Source: Patescibacteria group bacterium UBA1388 (GTDB taxonomy: Bacteria > Patescibacteriota > Microgenomatia > UBA1400 > PJMF01). Taken from it: a stretch of DNA of 64,000 bases. The DNA lies in contig DBQS01000036.1 in the NCBI GenBank assembly GCA_002305355.1, positions 15,612 to 79,611 on the forward strand, given 5' to 3'. Numbering within the stretch: position 1 is the first letter of the stretch; each line of letters opens with the position of its first letter. This document shows, in pieces, positions 18,021-27,741 of this stretch. Under the pieces are notes generated by a model. It was given only the letters and a program-made list of their open reading frames with translations. It made no database searches and was not told the DNA's origin. The position numbers and the translations under genes are program-made.

Positions 18021-18356
18021 ATGAAATTACTTTTACATTTGGGATTAGACGCCCTCGTCATTTATGTAGCAGGTTATTTGTTGGAAGGGGTAAACTTCAG
18101 CTCTTATTGGGTGGCGGTTGTGACAGCAATCGTGTTAGGAGTGTTGAATTTTCTTATTAAGCCAATTCTAATCATCTTAACCCTACCTATTAATATCCTA
18201 ACATTGGGTCTATTTTCAATTGTAATTAACACTGCGATGGTGTTACTCGCGGCATGGTTGGTACCTGGATTTGAAGTGTTAGGTTTCTTGTGGGCGTTAG
18301 CTTTCAGCGTGGTGGTGAGCATCATTTCTGCTGTGCTCAATATGATGGCGAAATAA
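18021..18356 (+). CDS. Phage-holin-family (PF04020-like) small membrane protein
   Basis: 111 aa, 3-4 TM helices; the NFLIKPILIILTLPINILTLGLFSIVINTAMVLLAAWLVPGF pattern is typical of this family. Confidence 0.6.
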   Translation: MKLLLHLGLDALVIYVAGYLLEGVNFSSYWVAVVTAIVLGVLNFLIKPILIILTLPINILTLGLFSIVINTAMVLLAAWLVPGFEVLGFLWALAFSVVVSIISAVLNMMAK

Positions 18357-18460
18357 TCCATTGAAATAAATCTTCTTCAACAACATCTTCAACAACATCA
18401 ATTTCTAATTGAGCGATTGTTTGGTCGATCGAGCACATCTGACTCACCAGTTGTCTTGAT

Positions 18461-19309
18461 TCATTGAAATTGAGTAAGTAGATTGACCAAGTTTTCTCGG
18501 TGGGGTTGGTTAATCAATGGTTGATTAAGCGCGGGAATTTGCTCGTGATAACTGGGCTTATCAACTTGGTAAATAATACCGATAGGAAATTTTTCTTCTT
18601 TTGGTTTGTTAGCGACCTCCAAGGCTTGTTGGTAATCGGCGGGATCATGTGAGGAGTCTAGTTGATATTGATGTTTCAAATAGTACTGAAAAGTGTTGAT
18701 TTTGTTGAAAGTTACGCACGGTTGAAGAATATTAATCATGGAAAATCCTGTATGTTTCATACCGGCAGTGATGAGCTTACTGAGTTCAGGTAAGTTGCCC
18801 GCAAAAGCTTGAGCGACAAAAGTGGCACCTTGAGTGATTGCCAGGGGAAGGGGATAAACTGGTGTTTCGATAATGCCAGTAGGTGTTGATTTCGACTTAT
18901 GTCCTTTTTGGGCTCTGGGAGAAACTTGGCCAGTAGTCAGACCGTAAACGCTATTATCGTGAACTAAAACAGTGATGTCATGATTGCCACGACAAGCGTG
19001 CAAGAAATGATTACCGCCCTCACCATAGATGGCGCCGTCTCCCGCCACGACCAAGACCGGTAGCTGATGATTGGCCAATTTGACTCCCACGGCGTTCGCA
19101 ATTGAACGGCCATGAAGAGTGTGCATGGCGTAAGCATTGACGAAGTCATTCATGTTACCAGAGCAGCCGATATCGAATAAAACAACCAAGCTAGAGGGAT
19201 CGAGTTTTTGCTCAACCAACGAATTGATGATGGCACGACCAATACTCCAATTTCCGCAGCCAGAACACCAAGTGGGTTGGTAGCCGGTTAAGTCTTGTGC
19301 TGTGACCAT
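18461..19309 (-). CDS. korB: 2-oxoacid:ferredoxin oxidoreductase beta subunit (TPP-binding)
   Basis: TWCSGCGNWS N-terminal motif; GDG...N TPP-binding motif (VVAGDGAIYGEGGNH). Confidence 0.8.
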   Translation of the reverse strand: MVTAQDLTGYQPTWCSGCGNWSIGRAIINSLVEQKLDPSSLVVLFDIGCSGNMNDFVNAYAMHTLHGRSIANAVGVKLANHQLPVLVVAGDGAIYGEGGNHFLHACRGNHDITVLVHDNSVYGLTTGQVSPRAQKGHKSKSTPTGIIETPVYPLPLAITQGATFVAQAFAGNLPELSKLITAGMKHTGFSMINILQPCVTFNKINTFQYYLKHQYQLDSSHDPADYQQALEVANKPKEEKFPIGIIYQVDKPSYHEQIPALNQPLINQPHRENLVNLLTQFQ

Positions 19310-19374
19310 GGTTGTCCTTACTCAATTTCGTTGTTGTTCATCAATTAAATAAAATCATTGATATGTTTATTTGA

Positions 19375-21144
19375 CTACTTTAAATGTTTGGTATTTTTTA
19401 CTATTGTTGTTACCGCCGCCGCTATTTCCTCTGGATAAAATGGCCGGCCGTCATATTTCAAAATTTTCTCTTCAATCGTGACCCCAGTCTGTTGTCTTAA
19501 CAATTGGCCAAACTGACCAGTGGCGTTGTTTTCAACTAGCAAATATTGTTTGTCAGCTTTAAATAAGGGGCGAATCTTTTGCTCATCCAGCGGAAAGACA
19601 TGGGTGAAATGAAGGAAAGCAGAATTAATTTTTTTGGCAGCGAGCAGATTGCGCGCCGCTTCAATTGGTCCTTTATTTCCTCCCCAGGACACAAAAACGA
19701 TTTTGGCTTGTTCAAGATCGCCAATCACTTGAGGGAGATGAAAATCTTTTTTCAAGTAGGTGGTCTGCTTCTTGGTACGCTTATCGACTTGCACTATGCG
19801 CGCAGCAGCGTCTTCAGTAGTATGACTATCTGCGAAATGCTCGTAGGAATTAGCTTGATAAAAAATGCCGGGTTGACCAGGAATCAATCTTGGCGAAATT
19901 CCGTCACTCGTGTTAGTGTAACGCAAATAAGGTTTTTGGTTAGTAGACGTAATTGTCTTGCCGCGATCAATTTTCATTTGAGAGGCTTTTTTAATCGTAA
20001 GATAATCTACGCTTCGATGCGACTCAGATAAAAATTTATCCGACATGACGATAACTGGTGTTTGGTATTGGTCAGCCAAGTCAAAGGCTTTGAGAGTTAG
20101 ATCAAGCATTTCTTTGTGGTCTCCTGGGGCAAGGACAATCTTGGGAAACTCGCCATGACCAGCGTGACAAGCAAACAGCAGGTCGCCTTGTTCAGTCCAG
20201 GTGGGCATCCCAGTTGCTGGTCCTGGTCGTTGGCTCAGGAAAACCACGATCGGTAGTTCGGCAATACCGGCGTAGGAAATTGATTCCACCATTAAGGCAA
20301 AACCTCCACCGGAAGTGGCCACTGCTGCGCGTGCTCCAGAAAACGAGGCGCCCAATGCCTCATTAATCACGCCGATTTCATCTTCAGCGTGTCTAACTAC
20401 CATGCCAGTTTGTGATTGCCACCCGGCTAAAGACCCGAGTATAGATGAGGCAGGTGTCATCGGGTAGGCGGCAAAAAACCGACAATCTGCTGCGGCTGCG
20501 CTGAAACTGAAAACTTCGTTACCGGTCATCACTGGAGAAGATAATGTAGGTACTGGTTTTTTGCCGCGTGACAAGACAGGTTTGACCAATTCTTGATATT
20601 GTTGCCACACATAGTCAAAGCCAGCTTGCGCGCACTCAATGTTTTTATTTGCTACTGCAGCGGACTTTTTACCAAATTGGTCAGTAATCATTTGGTGTAC
20701 CAGCTTGATCTCACCGTCAAGCAGCGCCACACTCGCCCCCAAAGCGATCATGTTGAGCATGATGCGGTCGGCTTTTAAGTCTACAAGGATTTCTTGGAGG
20801 GGTAGAGCAATTTTTGTGGATTTTGTTTTTGGTTCAAACTGTTTGGGATCAAACACTACTAAAGTATCTTTGTGGAATCGATGCTGGTGGTGCAGAAAAG
20901 TTTTTTCGTCTAAACACACAAGGCAGTCTATTAATTGTTTGCTAGCAGTTGGTTGATCAAGATTTATTAATACCTCCACAGTATTATGTCCACCTTGAAT
21001 CAGCGACGGATATTCTGAATAGTCAAAAATGTCTAGTCCTGACCGGGTTGCTATTTTACTCATTGCCAAGCTTGTTACCATCACTCCTTGGCCGGCTGGT
21101 GCGCCAATTTTCCATAAAAAGGGTAATGTGGCCTGGTTAGTCAT
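19375..21144 (-). CDS. korA: 2-oxoacid:ferredoxin oxidoreductase alpha subunit with fused N-terminal gamma domain
   Basis: N-terminus IGAPAGQGVMVTS is the gamma-subunit signature; central GNEVFSFSAAAADCRFFAAYPMTPAS is the alpha-subunit pyrimidine-binding region. Confidence 0.8.
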   Translation of the reverse strand: MTNQATLPFLWKIGAPAGQGVMVTSLAMSKIATRSGLDIFDYSEYPSLIQGGHNTVEVLINLDQPTASKQLIDCLVCLDEKTFLHHQHRFHKDTLVVFDPKQFEPKTKSTKIALPLQEILVDLKADRIMLNMIALGASVALLDGEIKLVHQMITDQFGKKSAAVANKNIECAQAGFDYVWQQYQELVKPVLSRGKKPVPTLSSPVMTGNEVFSFSAAAADCRFFAAYPMTPASSILGSLAGWQSQTGMVVRHAEDEIGVINEALGASFSGARAAVATSGGGFALMVESISYAGIAELPIVVFLSQRPGPATGMPTWTEQGDLLFACHAGHGEFPKIVLAPGDHKEMLDLTLKAFDLADQYQTPVIVMSDKFLSESHRSVDYLTIKKASQMKIDRGKTITSTNQKPYLRYTNTSDGISPRLIPGQPGIFYQANSYEHFADSHTTEDAAARIVQVDKRTKKQTTYLKKDFHLPQVIGDLEQAKIVFVSWGGNKGPIEAARNLLAAKKINSAFLHFTHVFPLDEQKIRPLFKADKQYLLVENNATGQFGQLLRQQTGVTIEEKILKYDGRPFYPEEIAAAVTTIVKNTKHLK

Positions 21145-21204
21145 AATACTAATCTTAATTTTCAGTCAATTTTATTTGACACGAGCGCACTGTAATTACT
21201 GTAA

Positions 21205-21648
21205 TTATAGCGTCTTTCCCCATCTTAGAATTTCTTCATTTGCTGTTTGTTCGTTCATAAAATATTGGTCAATTTTTAGCGGTTGACCAACTAATTTTCC
21301 ACCAATTTTTTCAATCCATTGAGTTAAATAATCAACTGCACCACAAAATTTATTGTAGTTGGAATCACCTAAACCAAGGATGGCGAAAGCCTGGTCATTA
21401 AACTTGGCCTCGCCAAATTTATCAATCATCATCATAAAATCATCATGTGGCATGCCTTCTTGGCCGCCATAATCCCAAGATGGACTTGCTAAAATGACCA
21501 ATTCAAATGATTCAAAATCGCTCGGTTGGGTTTCAAGAGCCATTTTAAGCTTTACTTCATGACCTGCTTGCTGTAATACTTGCTCCAAAGCTTGAGCAGC
21601 CATCATCGTGCTACCTGAATAAGTGGCGTATATGATCAATGTTTTCAT
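21205..21648 (-). CDS. Flavodoxin (long ORF trimmed to the internal ATG at 21648 to avoid overlap with the upstream gene)
   Basis: MKTLIIYATYSGSTMMAAQALE FMN-phosphate-binding loop (T/SxTGxT-like); ILGLGDSNY motif. Confidence 0.7.
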   Translation of the reverse strand: MKTLIIYATYSGSTMMAAQALEQVLQQAGHEVKLKMALETQPSDFESFELVILASPSWDYGGQEGMPHDDFMMMIDKFGEAKFNDQAFAILGLGDSNYNKFCGAVDYLTQWIEKIGGKLVGQPLKIDQYFMNEQTANEEILRWGKTL

Positions 21649-21712
21649 AGAGGTATGATACTTCGTCTTCTTACACAATGCTACTTGGATTGAGATTATC
21701 GGGCTAAGTATC

Positions 21713-22384
21713 CTATAAGTAAAATGGCTCACCATGGCCGGGATAAGTAAGAGCATTGGGAGCCAATTGACGTATTCGGTCAATTGATTTAAACAACTGA
21801 CCACGACGGCTGTATTGGAAATCTGTTCTACCAAATCCATCTTTAAAAATAACGTCACCAGCAAATAAAATTTGATTATTAGTGGTCAAATTAGCCTCAT
21901 TATGGTTTGGGTTAAAATCGGGCGAAAAAAGCAGAGTGCAACTGCCCGGCGTATGACCGGGTGAATGGATGACTTGAAACGAAATTTGTCCGAAACTAAT
22001 GATCTGACCGTCCACTAGCTGGCGATCAGCGGGCGGCACGGGATCGGCAGAGAGTTTAGTCCAATGCTCAGCCGAAGCTTGAGCTTTTTTGATTAAGAAA
22101 TTATCAGATGGGTGTAAATAAATTGGGATATCAAAGGCAAGTTTGACAGATAAACAACCAAGCACATGATCAAAATGTCCGTGAGTCAAGATAATTGCCA
22201 AAGGATGAAGCTGTCGAGTAAGCACTTCTTCTACAATTGTTTCTCCATCATCAGCGGGATCAATAATAATCGCATCGAGTGTTTTTACACAATTCACTAG
22301 ATAGCAGTTAGTTTGTAGCGCTCCCAGAGTAAGAGTGTTGATTTGCACTTTGTCAGTCAATTTGTCAGTCATTGCAATTGGCAA
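21713..22384 (-). CDS. MBL-fold metallo-hydrolase (glyoxalase II-like)
   Basis: ILTHGHFDHVLG is the HxHxDH motif; downstream His residues (HSPGHTPG). Confidence 0.75.
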   Translation of the reverse strand: MPIAMTDKLTDKVQINTLTLGALQTNCYLVNCVKTLDAIIIDPADDGETIVEEVLTRQLHPLAIILTHGHFDHVLGCLSVKLAFDIPIYLHPSDNFLIKKAQASAEHWTKLSADPVPPADRQLVDGQIISFGQISFQVIHSPGHTPGSCTLLFSPDFNPNHNEANLTTNNQILFAGDVIFKDGFGRTDFQYSRRGQLFKSIDRIRQLAPNALTYPGHGEPFYL

Positions 22385-22422
22385 AATGGGCGTGTCGATT
22401 TTCCCTATCTATCGATTAGTGT

Positions 22423-23151
22423 TTAAATTAGGCCAATCACAAACGTGGCCAACTGTAAGTACCAACTAGAAATGAAAGTAATAACTGGCGAGATAAGTGT
22501 AGAGACCGCACTAGTGCCGTTGACTAAGGGTAGAATGAGTGCAATTAAAACAAATGTGCCATAACGCCTCATAAAGTCGTCATATTCCAATGCTAATTCC
22601 GCTGGCAATAAGGCGACGGCAATTTTTCCACCGTCAAGAGGATGGATGGGAACTAGATTAAAAACCGCCAACATAATATTGTAGAAAATCGAGTAAAGCA
22701 GGATTGTACTTAGTACTGGCTCAGAAATTCCAAATCCAATACCCAGTGGTAGCATCACCGATAATACTAATGCCAACAATAAATTAGCAGCAGGCCCGGC
22801 GAAAGCAATCAACGCTGCCTCTTTAGTAGGATTTTTGAGATTGAAAGGATCAAACATAACTGGTTTTCCCCAACCGAAACCGATCATGAATATCATCAAA
22901 GTGCCAATAGGGTCAAGATGTGCTTTGGGATTGAGAGTGACTCTGCCCTGAGAGCGGGGAGTTGGGTCACCCAAATGATCAGCCATCCAGGCATGAGCAA
23001 ACTCATGGACAGTAATTGCGGCAATTAGGATCACCGCAATCAGGGCGAAAAGAAGTGGACTTGTGCTGAGGAGTGATATTAAACCCATAACGTTCCCCAT
23101 TATATCAGCCTTGAATTTTGTGCAAACTAGCAAGCACTTCCTTGAGGGCAA
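22423..23151 (-). CDS. Site-2 protease family (M50) membrane zinc metalloprotease; real start probably an internal Met near 23100
   Basis: HEFAHAWMA HExxH in a TM helix; conserved PLDGG motif (PIHPLDGGKIAV). Confidence 0.7.
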   Translation of the reverse strand: MPSRKCLLVCTKFKADIMGNVMGLISLLSTSPLLFALIAVILIAAITVHEFAHAWMADHLGDPTPRSQGRVTLNPKAHLDPIGTLMIFMIGFGWGKPVMFDPFNLKNPTKEAALIAFAGPAANLLLALVLSVMLPLGIGFGISEPVLSTILLYSIFYNIMLAVFNLVPIHPLDGGKIAVALLPAELALEYDDFMRRYGTFVLIALILPLVNGTSAVSTLISPVITFISSWYLQLATFVIGLI

Positions 23152-23181
23152 GACCTGAGTTTTGCGTTTCTTGAGGCAAAA

Positions 23182-23190
23182 TGTTACAAT
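23182..23190 (+). promoter_or_regulatory. Extended -10 element TGTTACAAT upstream of rpmB
   Basis: 32 nt upstream of the ATG; GAGGA RBS at 23213..23217. Confidence 0.4.
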
Positions 23191-23221
23191 TACGCTTCTT
23201 CTAAAAATTTATTGAGGACAT

Positions 23222-23440
23222 ATGGCATCATTTAGTTTTAAATTTCCGCGTACCGCCCACATTGGTCACAATGTGTCTCATGCTAAGAACAGAACCAAGC
23301 GCGCATTCAAGTATAATTTGCATACCGTGACAGTGATGATTGATGGTCAAAAGCAACGGATGAAAGTGCCAACTAAGATTTTGCGAATGTTAAAAAAATC
23401 TGGCAAAACTACTCATTTCACATCTGCTCAAGCCGAGTAG
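23222..23440 (+). CDS. rpmB: 50S ribosomal protein L28
   Basis: 72 aa, GHNVSHAKNRTKRAFKYNLH matches the L28 consensus (GNNxSHAxNxTKRxFxPNL). Confidence 0.8.
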   Translation: MASFSFKFPRTAHIGHNVSHAKNRTKRAFKYNLHTVTVMIDGQKQRMKVPTKILRMLKKSGKTTHFTSAQAE

Positions 23441-23605
23441 CTTCTCCAATTGGTTTTCAATTGAAAAACAATCTTCCGATAATTTTCCAGCTACTTTATG
23501 GGGATTGAACTTTAGGTCAAAGTTTAAAAATTAAGGTTGAGATCAATAATAATGAAATTAAAATTGAGATTAAAACCCTGAAAATTTTTAAGCGATTGTT
23601 GGCAG

Positions 23606-24619
23606 CTACTTTTGTACCACAATATTTTTACATTCAGCCCATCGAGCGGGATTTTTACCTTCAATTTGGACATCATCAAGTACCAGCTGTAAGGGAACAT
23701 CTTGATCAAGATGGCAACTTAAAATTTTCATTCTTAACTCCGCATGTGGAGTAGGTATTTTCGTCCACAAACCTGGCCATGGATAAAGGGCACGACAAGC
23801 ATGTTCAAGCATGGCGGCGCAACTACTGTGAGCGGCACGCGCCGTAACTAGTAACGAAGACATTTGCTCTGGTCCTAATTCCGCACATTTTACCCGCTGG
23901 CCATTAATGATTTGAGAAAGAACTTGCCAATTTACAAAACCGTCTGCACGATTTAATTGGCGGGCAGTCATGGTGGGTGATTGATCAGGTTGGGGAATTG
24001 GTGAGAGCTGACCTTGAGCAAGTAGGTCTAGAAGATCTGGCAATTTATTTTGGATCAGAGCAAAAGCAAAATCATAATAATCTCCCTGGTTCCAGGTTGG
24101 CAGTACTTCAAATGGTAACTTGGTGATCAAATCACCCTGATCTAATTTTTCATTCGGTACCATTAAGCTGATGGCAGAATTTTTTTCTCCATAAAGAATA
24201 GCAAACTGGGCTGGAGAACTTCCACGCCAACGAGGTAAATCTGAGGGATGAATATTTAACGGGTAGATACGGGTGTATTTTAATAACCACTTTGGAACAA
24301 GATATCCAAAGTCAACGATCAATAAAAAATCTGGCTTTGGTTGAGCAGTAATTTGGTTTTTAATGGAGTCATCGATTTTATTATTTACGAGTATTGAAGT
24401 AAGTTGTTGTTTTTCTGCAAACTGATGTAGGGGAGTGGGGGTCGGCACTTTTTGTTTGCCTCTGATTTTTGGTTGAGAAGTCATCAGCCATCCCAATTCA
24501 AAACGCTTGTCTTGAAGCAAGCTTTGAGCACACAACACAGTGCGACTAGTAGATCCAGCTACCGCTACCAGGTACGGCTGGTCCATTTGTTGACCATCTT
24601 TTTTCCGTTGATTAACCAT
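23606..24619 (-). CDS. fmt: Methionyl-tRNA formyltransferase (start possibly the internal M12 at 24586)
   Basis: NIHPSDLPRWRGSSPAQFAILYGEKNSAIS matches the Fmt catalytic region (HPSLLPxxRGxAPIQ); immediately downstream of def. Confidence 0.8.
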   Translation of the reverse strand: MVNQRKKDGQQMDQPYLVAVAGSTSRTVLCAQSLLQDKRFELGWLMTSQPKIRGKQKVPTPTPLHQFAEKQQLTSILVNNKIDDSIKNQITAQPKPDFLLIVDFGYLVPKWLLKYTRIYPLNIHPSDLPRWRGSSPAQFAILYGEKNSAISLMVPNEKLDQGDLITKLPFEVLPTWNQGDYYDFAFALIQNKLPDLLDLLAQGQLSPIPQPDQSPTMTARQLNRADGFVNWQVLSQIINGQRVKCAELGPEQMSSLLVTARAAHSSCAAMLEHACRALYPWPGLWTKIPTPHAELRMKILSCHLDQDVPLQLVLDDVQIEGKNPARWAECKNIVVQK

Positions 24620-24688
24620 TTATTTCTCTATCAATACTGCATGCTAGTTATTAATGAATGAGGCAAATGTTTGTCTGATAAATGTCAT

Positions 24689-25240
24689 TTATAAAATATC
24701 TACAATGCTTGGTTCAAGCTGATTTAACTTTTTGGTATTTTTATCTTCCTGATAGAGGGGGAGATCTAAGCGCTTGGTGTAATCAATGAATAAAACACCG
24801 TTCAGATGATCAAACTCGTGTTGTACCACCCTGGCAGCAAAGTCATCAAAGATTTCTATCTGTGAGACTAGATCGTTGCCAGAGATAGTTTGAAACTGAA
24901 GTTTGATTGTGCCATAGCGCGGTACCGGACCGTAAATTCCAGGAATAGATAAACAACCCTCTAGATAAGGATCGTCTTTTTTTGGTCCTAAAGTTGTTTT
25001 GTTGTCATGGTCAATAATCTCTGGGTTGATAAATGCTCGAAGTTGGTGGTCAAGAAGTGTGGCAAAAATTCGCCTTTTGGCGTTGACTTGAGTGGCAGCT
25101 AATCCCACTCCTTGAGGATTGGAGGCTTGCTGCAAGGTATTTTTTAAGTCTTGAATGAATTTACGAAGTTGTTTATCTACTGTGACAACTGGTTGGGCAA
25201 TAGTGCGGAGAGAAGGGTGGGGATGAGTAATAATTTTCAT
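24689..25240 (-). CDS. def: Peptide deformylase
   Basis: GxGxAAxQ (GVGLAATQ), EGCLSIPG and QHEFDHLNG motifs. Confidence 0.85.
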   Translation of the reverse strand: MKIITHPHPSLRTIAQPVVTVDKQLRKFIQDLKNTLQQASNPQGVGLAATQVNAKRRIFATLLDHQLRAFINPEIIDHDNKTTLGPKKDDPYLEGCLSIPGIYGPVPRYGTIKLQFQTISGNDLVSQIEIFDDFAARVVQHEFDHLNGVLFIDYTKRLDLPLYQEDKNTKKLNQLEPSIVDIL

Positions 25241-25261
25241 GATGTTGAGTAAATTTTCACG

Positions 25262-27493
25262 TTATGATGATAGTTGAAGTTGAGCAGAAATGGAGGCCAA
25301 AAGATCTAAAGCGAGCTGATTATCTGGAGAAATGTTTGCTAAGATGTATTTCAATTGCTCAGCAGCTTCTTCAAGTTGATTGTTTTCGTAGTATGCGACC
25401 GCTAATTGATAATGTGCTACTTCATAGTCTGGTTTAAGGTTTACAGCTTGTTGTAAATGATCCAGTCCCTGGTCTATTTGCTGCAAACTAATTTCGATTA
25501 GTCCCAAATTATACAATATTTTTGGATCAGTGGAGGATAACTTTTGAGCAATTTCCATTGCTTCAGCGGCTTTAACCAAATATTTGGGGTCTAGTTGGGA
25601 AAGGGTAATAAATGTTCTGGCGCGAGTTTTATAAAAATTAAGTTGATGGGGGTTGAGTTTCATAACTGCCTCACTGCTTTGTTCAGCAGCAGTTGCAAAT
25701 TGTTGCGCCTCTTCCGGTTTTTCACTCTGGGCGAGGTTAATCGCGGCCGTCGCGAAAACGGTGGCCAACTGATCATAGTAGGTTGCTTCATATTTATTAA
25801 GCTCAATAGCACGGTAGAGACTAGTGATGGCGGCTTCGGGCTGGCCGGCAGCGGCAGCAGATTTTCCTTGAGAGTAAGCCAGATCAGCCTGCCAGTAGCG
25901 TAGGGTGGCGCTGAGACTCAGTAAGCCGGCCAGCCCTGCCGCGCTCATTAATAATATTTGTGTCAGATTAAGTCCTCGGTGTGATGTTTTATCTTCAGGC
26001 CATTCATAAATAGGTTGGTTGATTAAAACCATCACTGCCATGAAAAGGTACATTAAAATGGTGACCATTACCGTAGAAAATCCAAAAAAATTTGAGAGAC
26101 TGAGGGCTGCCACGCCAGCGAGCACTCCCGCTGACAATAGCTGCATATGCTGATCGGAGGTTGGCACATGAGGTTGAAAAATTTTAATCAGACTAAAAAT
26201 CCCGAACCAACCGAGTAATAACAAGTAGCTCGCTAACCCAACTGCGCCACTAGTTGCTAAATAATTTAGAAATTCATTGTGCGCTTTATTGTATAAAAAA
26301 TCCCATTCTGAGACAAAATTGTGATCAACTGGTCGGTCGAGATAATAACTATAAGCGAAAGTTTCCAGACCCGAACCGAAAATTGGATAACGCTGCCAGA
26401 TTTTTATCGCTCCGCTCCACACAATTTTTCTAATCTCGCCGGAATCTGTCCCTCCGGTTTCCAACCGGTTGACAACCGGCATAGACTCGGTATCCGTCGC
26501 GACCTGATTAGTCTGACTGGTATTCCACTTGAGGGTTGGGGTATAAGGAGCATCAATCAGTACCGTCATCAATAAGCAAATACTGATTACCACTGAAAGG
26601 AGCTGCCACCGCTGTTTTATCAGAGAAATAAGCATCTTTTGGCGTTTTAAAATCCATAGCAATAACACAAAGAGAATGGTTAATCCCAACCCTAACCCTA
26701 AAATACCAGACCTAGATTTAGTAAATAATAGGGTGGCAAACATCAAAATAAGTGATCCAGCATAGAGCCATCGCAACCGTTGTTTTCGATTGATTAACGT
26801 GAACACCGCTCCAACCGGAATCAGCGTGATGAGATAAGCCGCGAGCCAATTTGGTTGACCGAAGCTGGCAAAAACGCGGTTTTGCACATCCTGAACCCAG
26901 CAATTGACTCCAAAAGAAGTGCCTTTAGTGGCGAGCCAGCAGCTAATGGAATGACCAAAGTGTTCAAGACTAGCATAAACAGAAGTCAAAACTGCAGCGA
27001 GAAAGGTGGTTAAAAACAAACTTGGAAGATGTTTTTTTTGAATATTGGTTACAAAAGCATAATAAAGTGCCACATAAGTGATAATAGATAGTAATCCACC
27101 GTGAAAACGCGAGTAGTACCCAAATAGAGAAGTATAAGGATGGAGTGAAAAAATAGTAGCCAGCAATTGAGACAGCAAAAAAACCACGATGGGAATATCC
27201 AGTGGCGTACGACGAAAGACAAACTGTTTAGCGGCAATCATTTTTACCACCCAGGCTAATATGATGATAATTGCTAAGGCATAAGTGAGCACCATCTTGT
27301 TAAACTCAAAGAGCTCACTGGTGTTAAACCAGAAAAATAAAGGTACCATCAAAAGAAGCGCATGAAAGCTTGTTACCAAAGTAGCTTGGGACCACTGCAA
27401 CAAACCGGACTCTTGATGATTGTGAAGAGCAGCGGCAGATTTAGTTTGAGTTGGTTGTTGACGCGCTAGTTTGCGGCGATGTTTTTTTGACAC
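25262..27493 (-). CDS. O-antigen ligase (Wzy_C) family polytopic membrane protein with C-terminal TPR repeats
   Basis: Multiple TM helices; NKAHNEFLNYLATSGAVGL Wzy_C motif; C-terminal 200 aa with TPR-like repeats (AYSQGKS..., YNLGLIEISLQQIDQGLDHLQQAVNLKPDYEVAHYQLAVAYY). Confidence 0.7.
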   Translation of the reverse strand: MSKKHRRKLARQQPTQTKSAAALHNHQESGLLQWSQATLVTSFHALLLMVPLFFWFNTSELFEFNKMVLTYALAIIIILAWVVKMIAAKQFVFRRTPLDIPIVVFLLSQLLATIFSLHPYTSLFGYYSRFHGGLLSIITYVALYYAFVTNIQKKHLPSLFLTTFLAAVLTSVYASLEHFGHSISCWLATKGTSFGVNCWVQDVQNRVFASFGQPNWLAAYLITLIPVGAVFTLINRKQRLRWLYAGSLILMFATLLFTKSRSGILGLGLGLTILFVLLLWILKRQKMLISLIKQRWQLLSVVISICLLMTVLIDAPYTPTLKWNTSQTNQVATDTESMPVVNRLETGGTDSGEIRKIVWSGAIKIWQRYPIFGSGLETFAYSYYLDRPVDHNFVSEWDFLYNKAHNEFLNYLATSGAVGLASYLLLLGWFGIFSLIKIFQPHVPTSDQHMQLLSAGVLAGVAALSLSNFFGFSTVMVTILMYLFMAVMVLINQPIYEWPEDKTSHRGLNLTQILLMSAAGLAGLLSLSATLRYWQADLAYSQGKSAAAAGQPEAAITSLYRAIELNKYEATYYDQLATVFATAAINLAQSEKPEEAQQFATAAEQSSEAVMKLNPHQLNFYKTRARTFITLSQLDPKYLVKAAEAMEIAQKLSSTDPKILYNLGLIEISLQQIDQGLDHLQQAVNLKPDYEVAHYQLAVAYYENNQLEEAAEQLKYILANISPDNQLALDLLASISAQLQLSS

Positions 27494-27741
27494 AATATCA
27501 TACTAACATTACTCGATACTTGATAAATTTTGCTTAAAAATTATCAGGCTTGGTTAAAAAACAAGCCAGATTTTGATAGCAGATTTGATAACAGCAGTAT
27601 AACATCTCACTAACGTATCCTACTTAATTTGCTAACCAAAAAGATACTCATTTTCTTACAATTGATGAATTCTCGAGTAGAAGCGAGTCTTGAGGTCTAA
27701 CCATCTTTTAGTGTACACTTAATTTGTAACCAACCTTAGTT

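Noticed and set aside
19536-21140. Several 60-150 aa ORFs antisense to or nested in korA (19536..19724, 19579..20031, 20593..20778, 20639..20956, 20949..21140)
   Set aside because: They lie wholly inside a strongly supported conserved gene on the other strand; a typical shadow-ORF artefact.
21649-21864. N-terminal 72 codons of the long flavodoxin ORF
   Set aside because: This stretch overlaps the upstream MBL-hydrolase gene by 150 nt. The flavodoxin fold begins at the internal Met (MKTLIIYATYSGST), so the gene was trimmed to 21205..21648.
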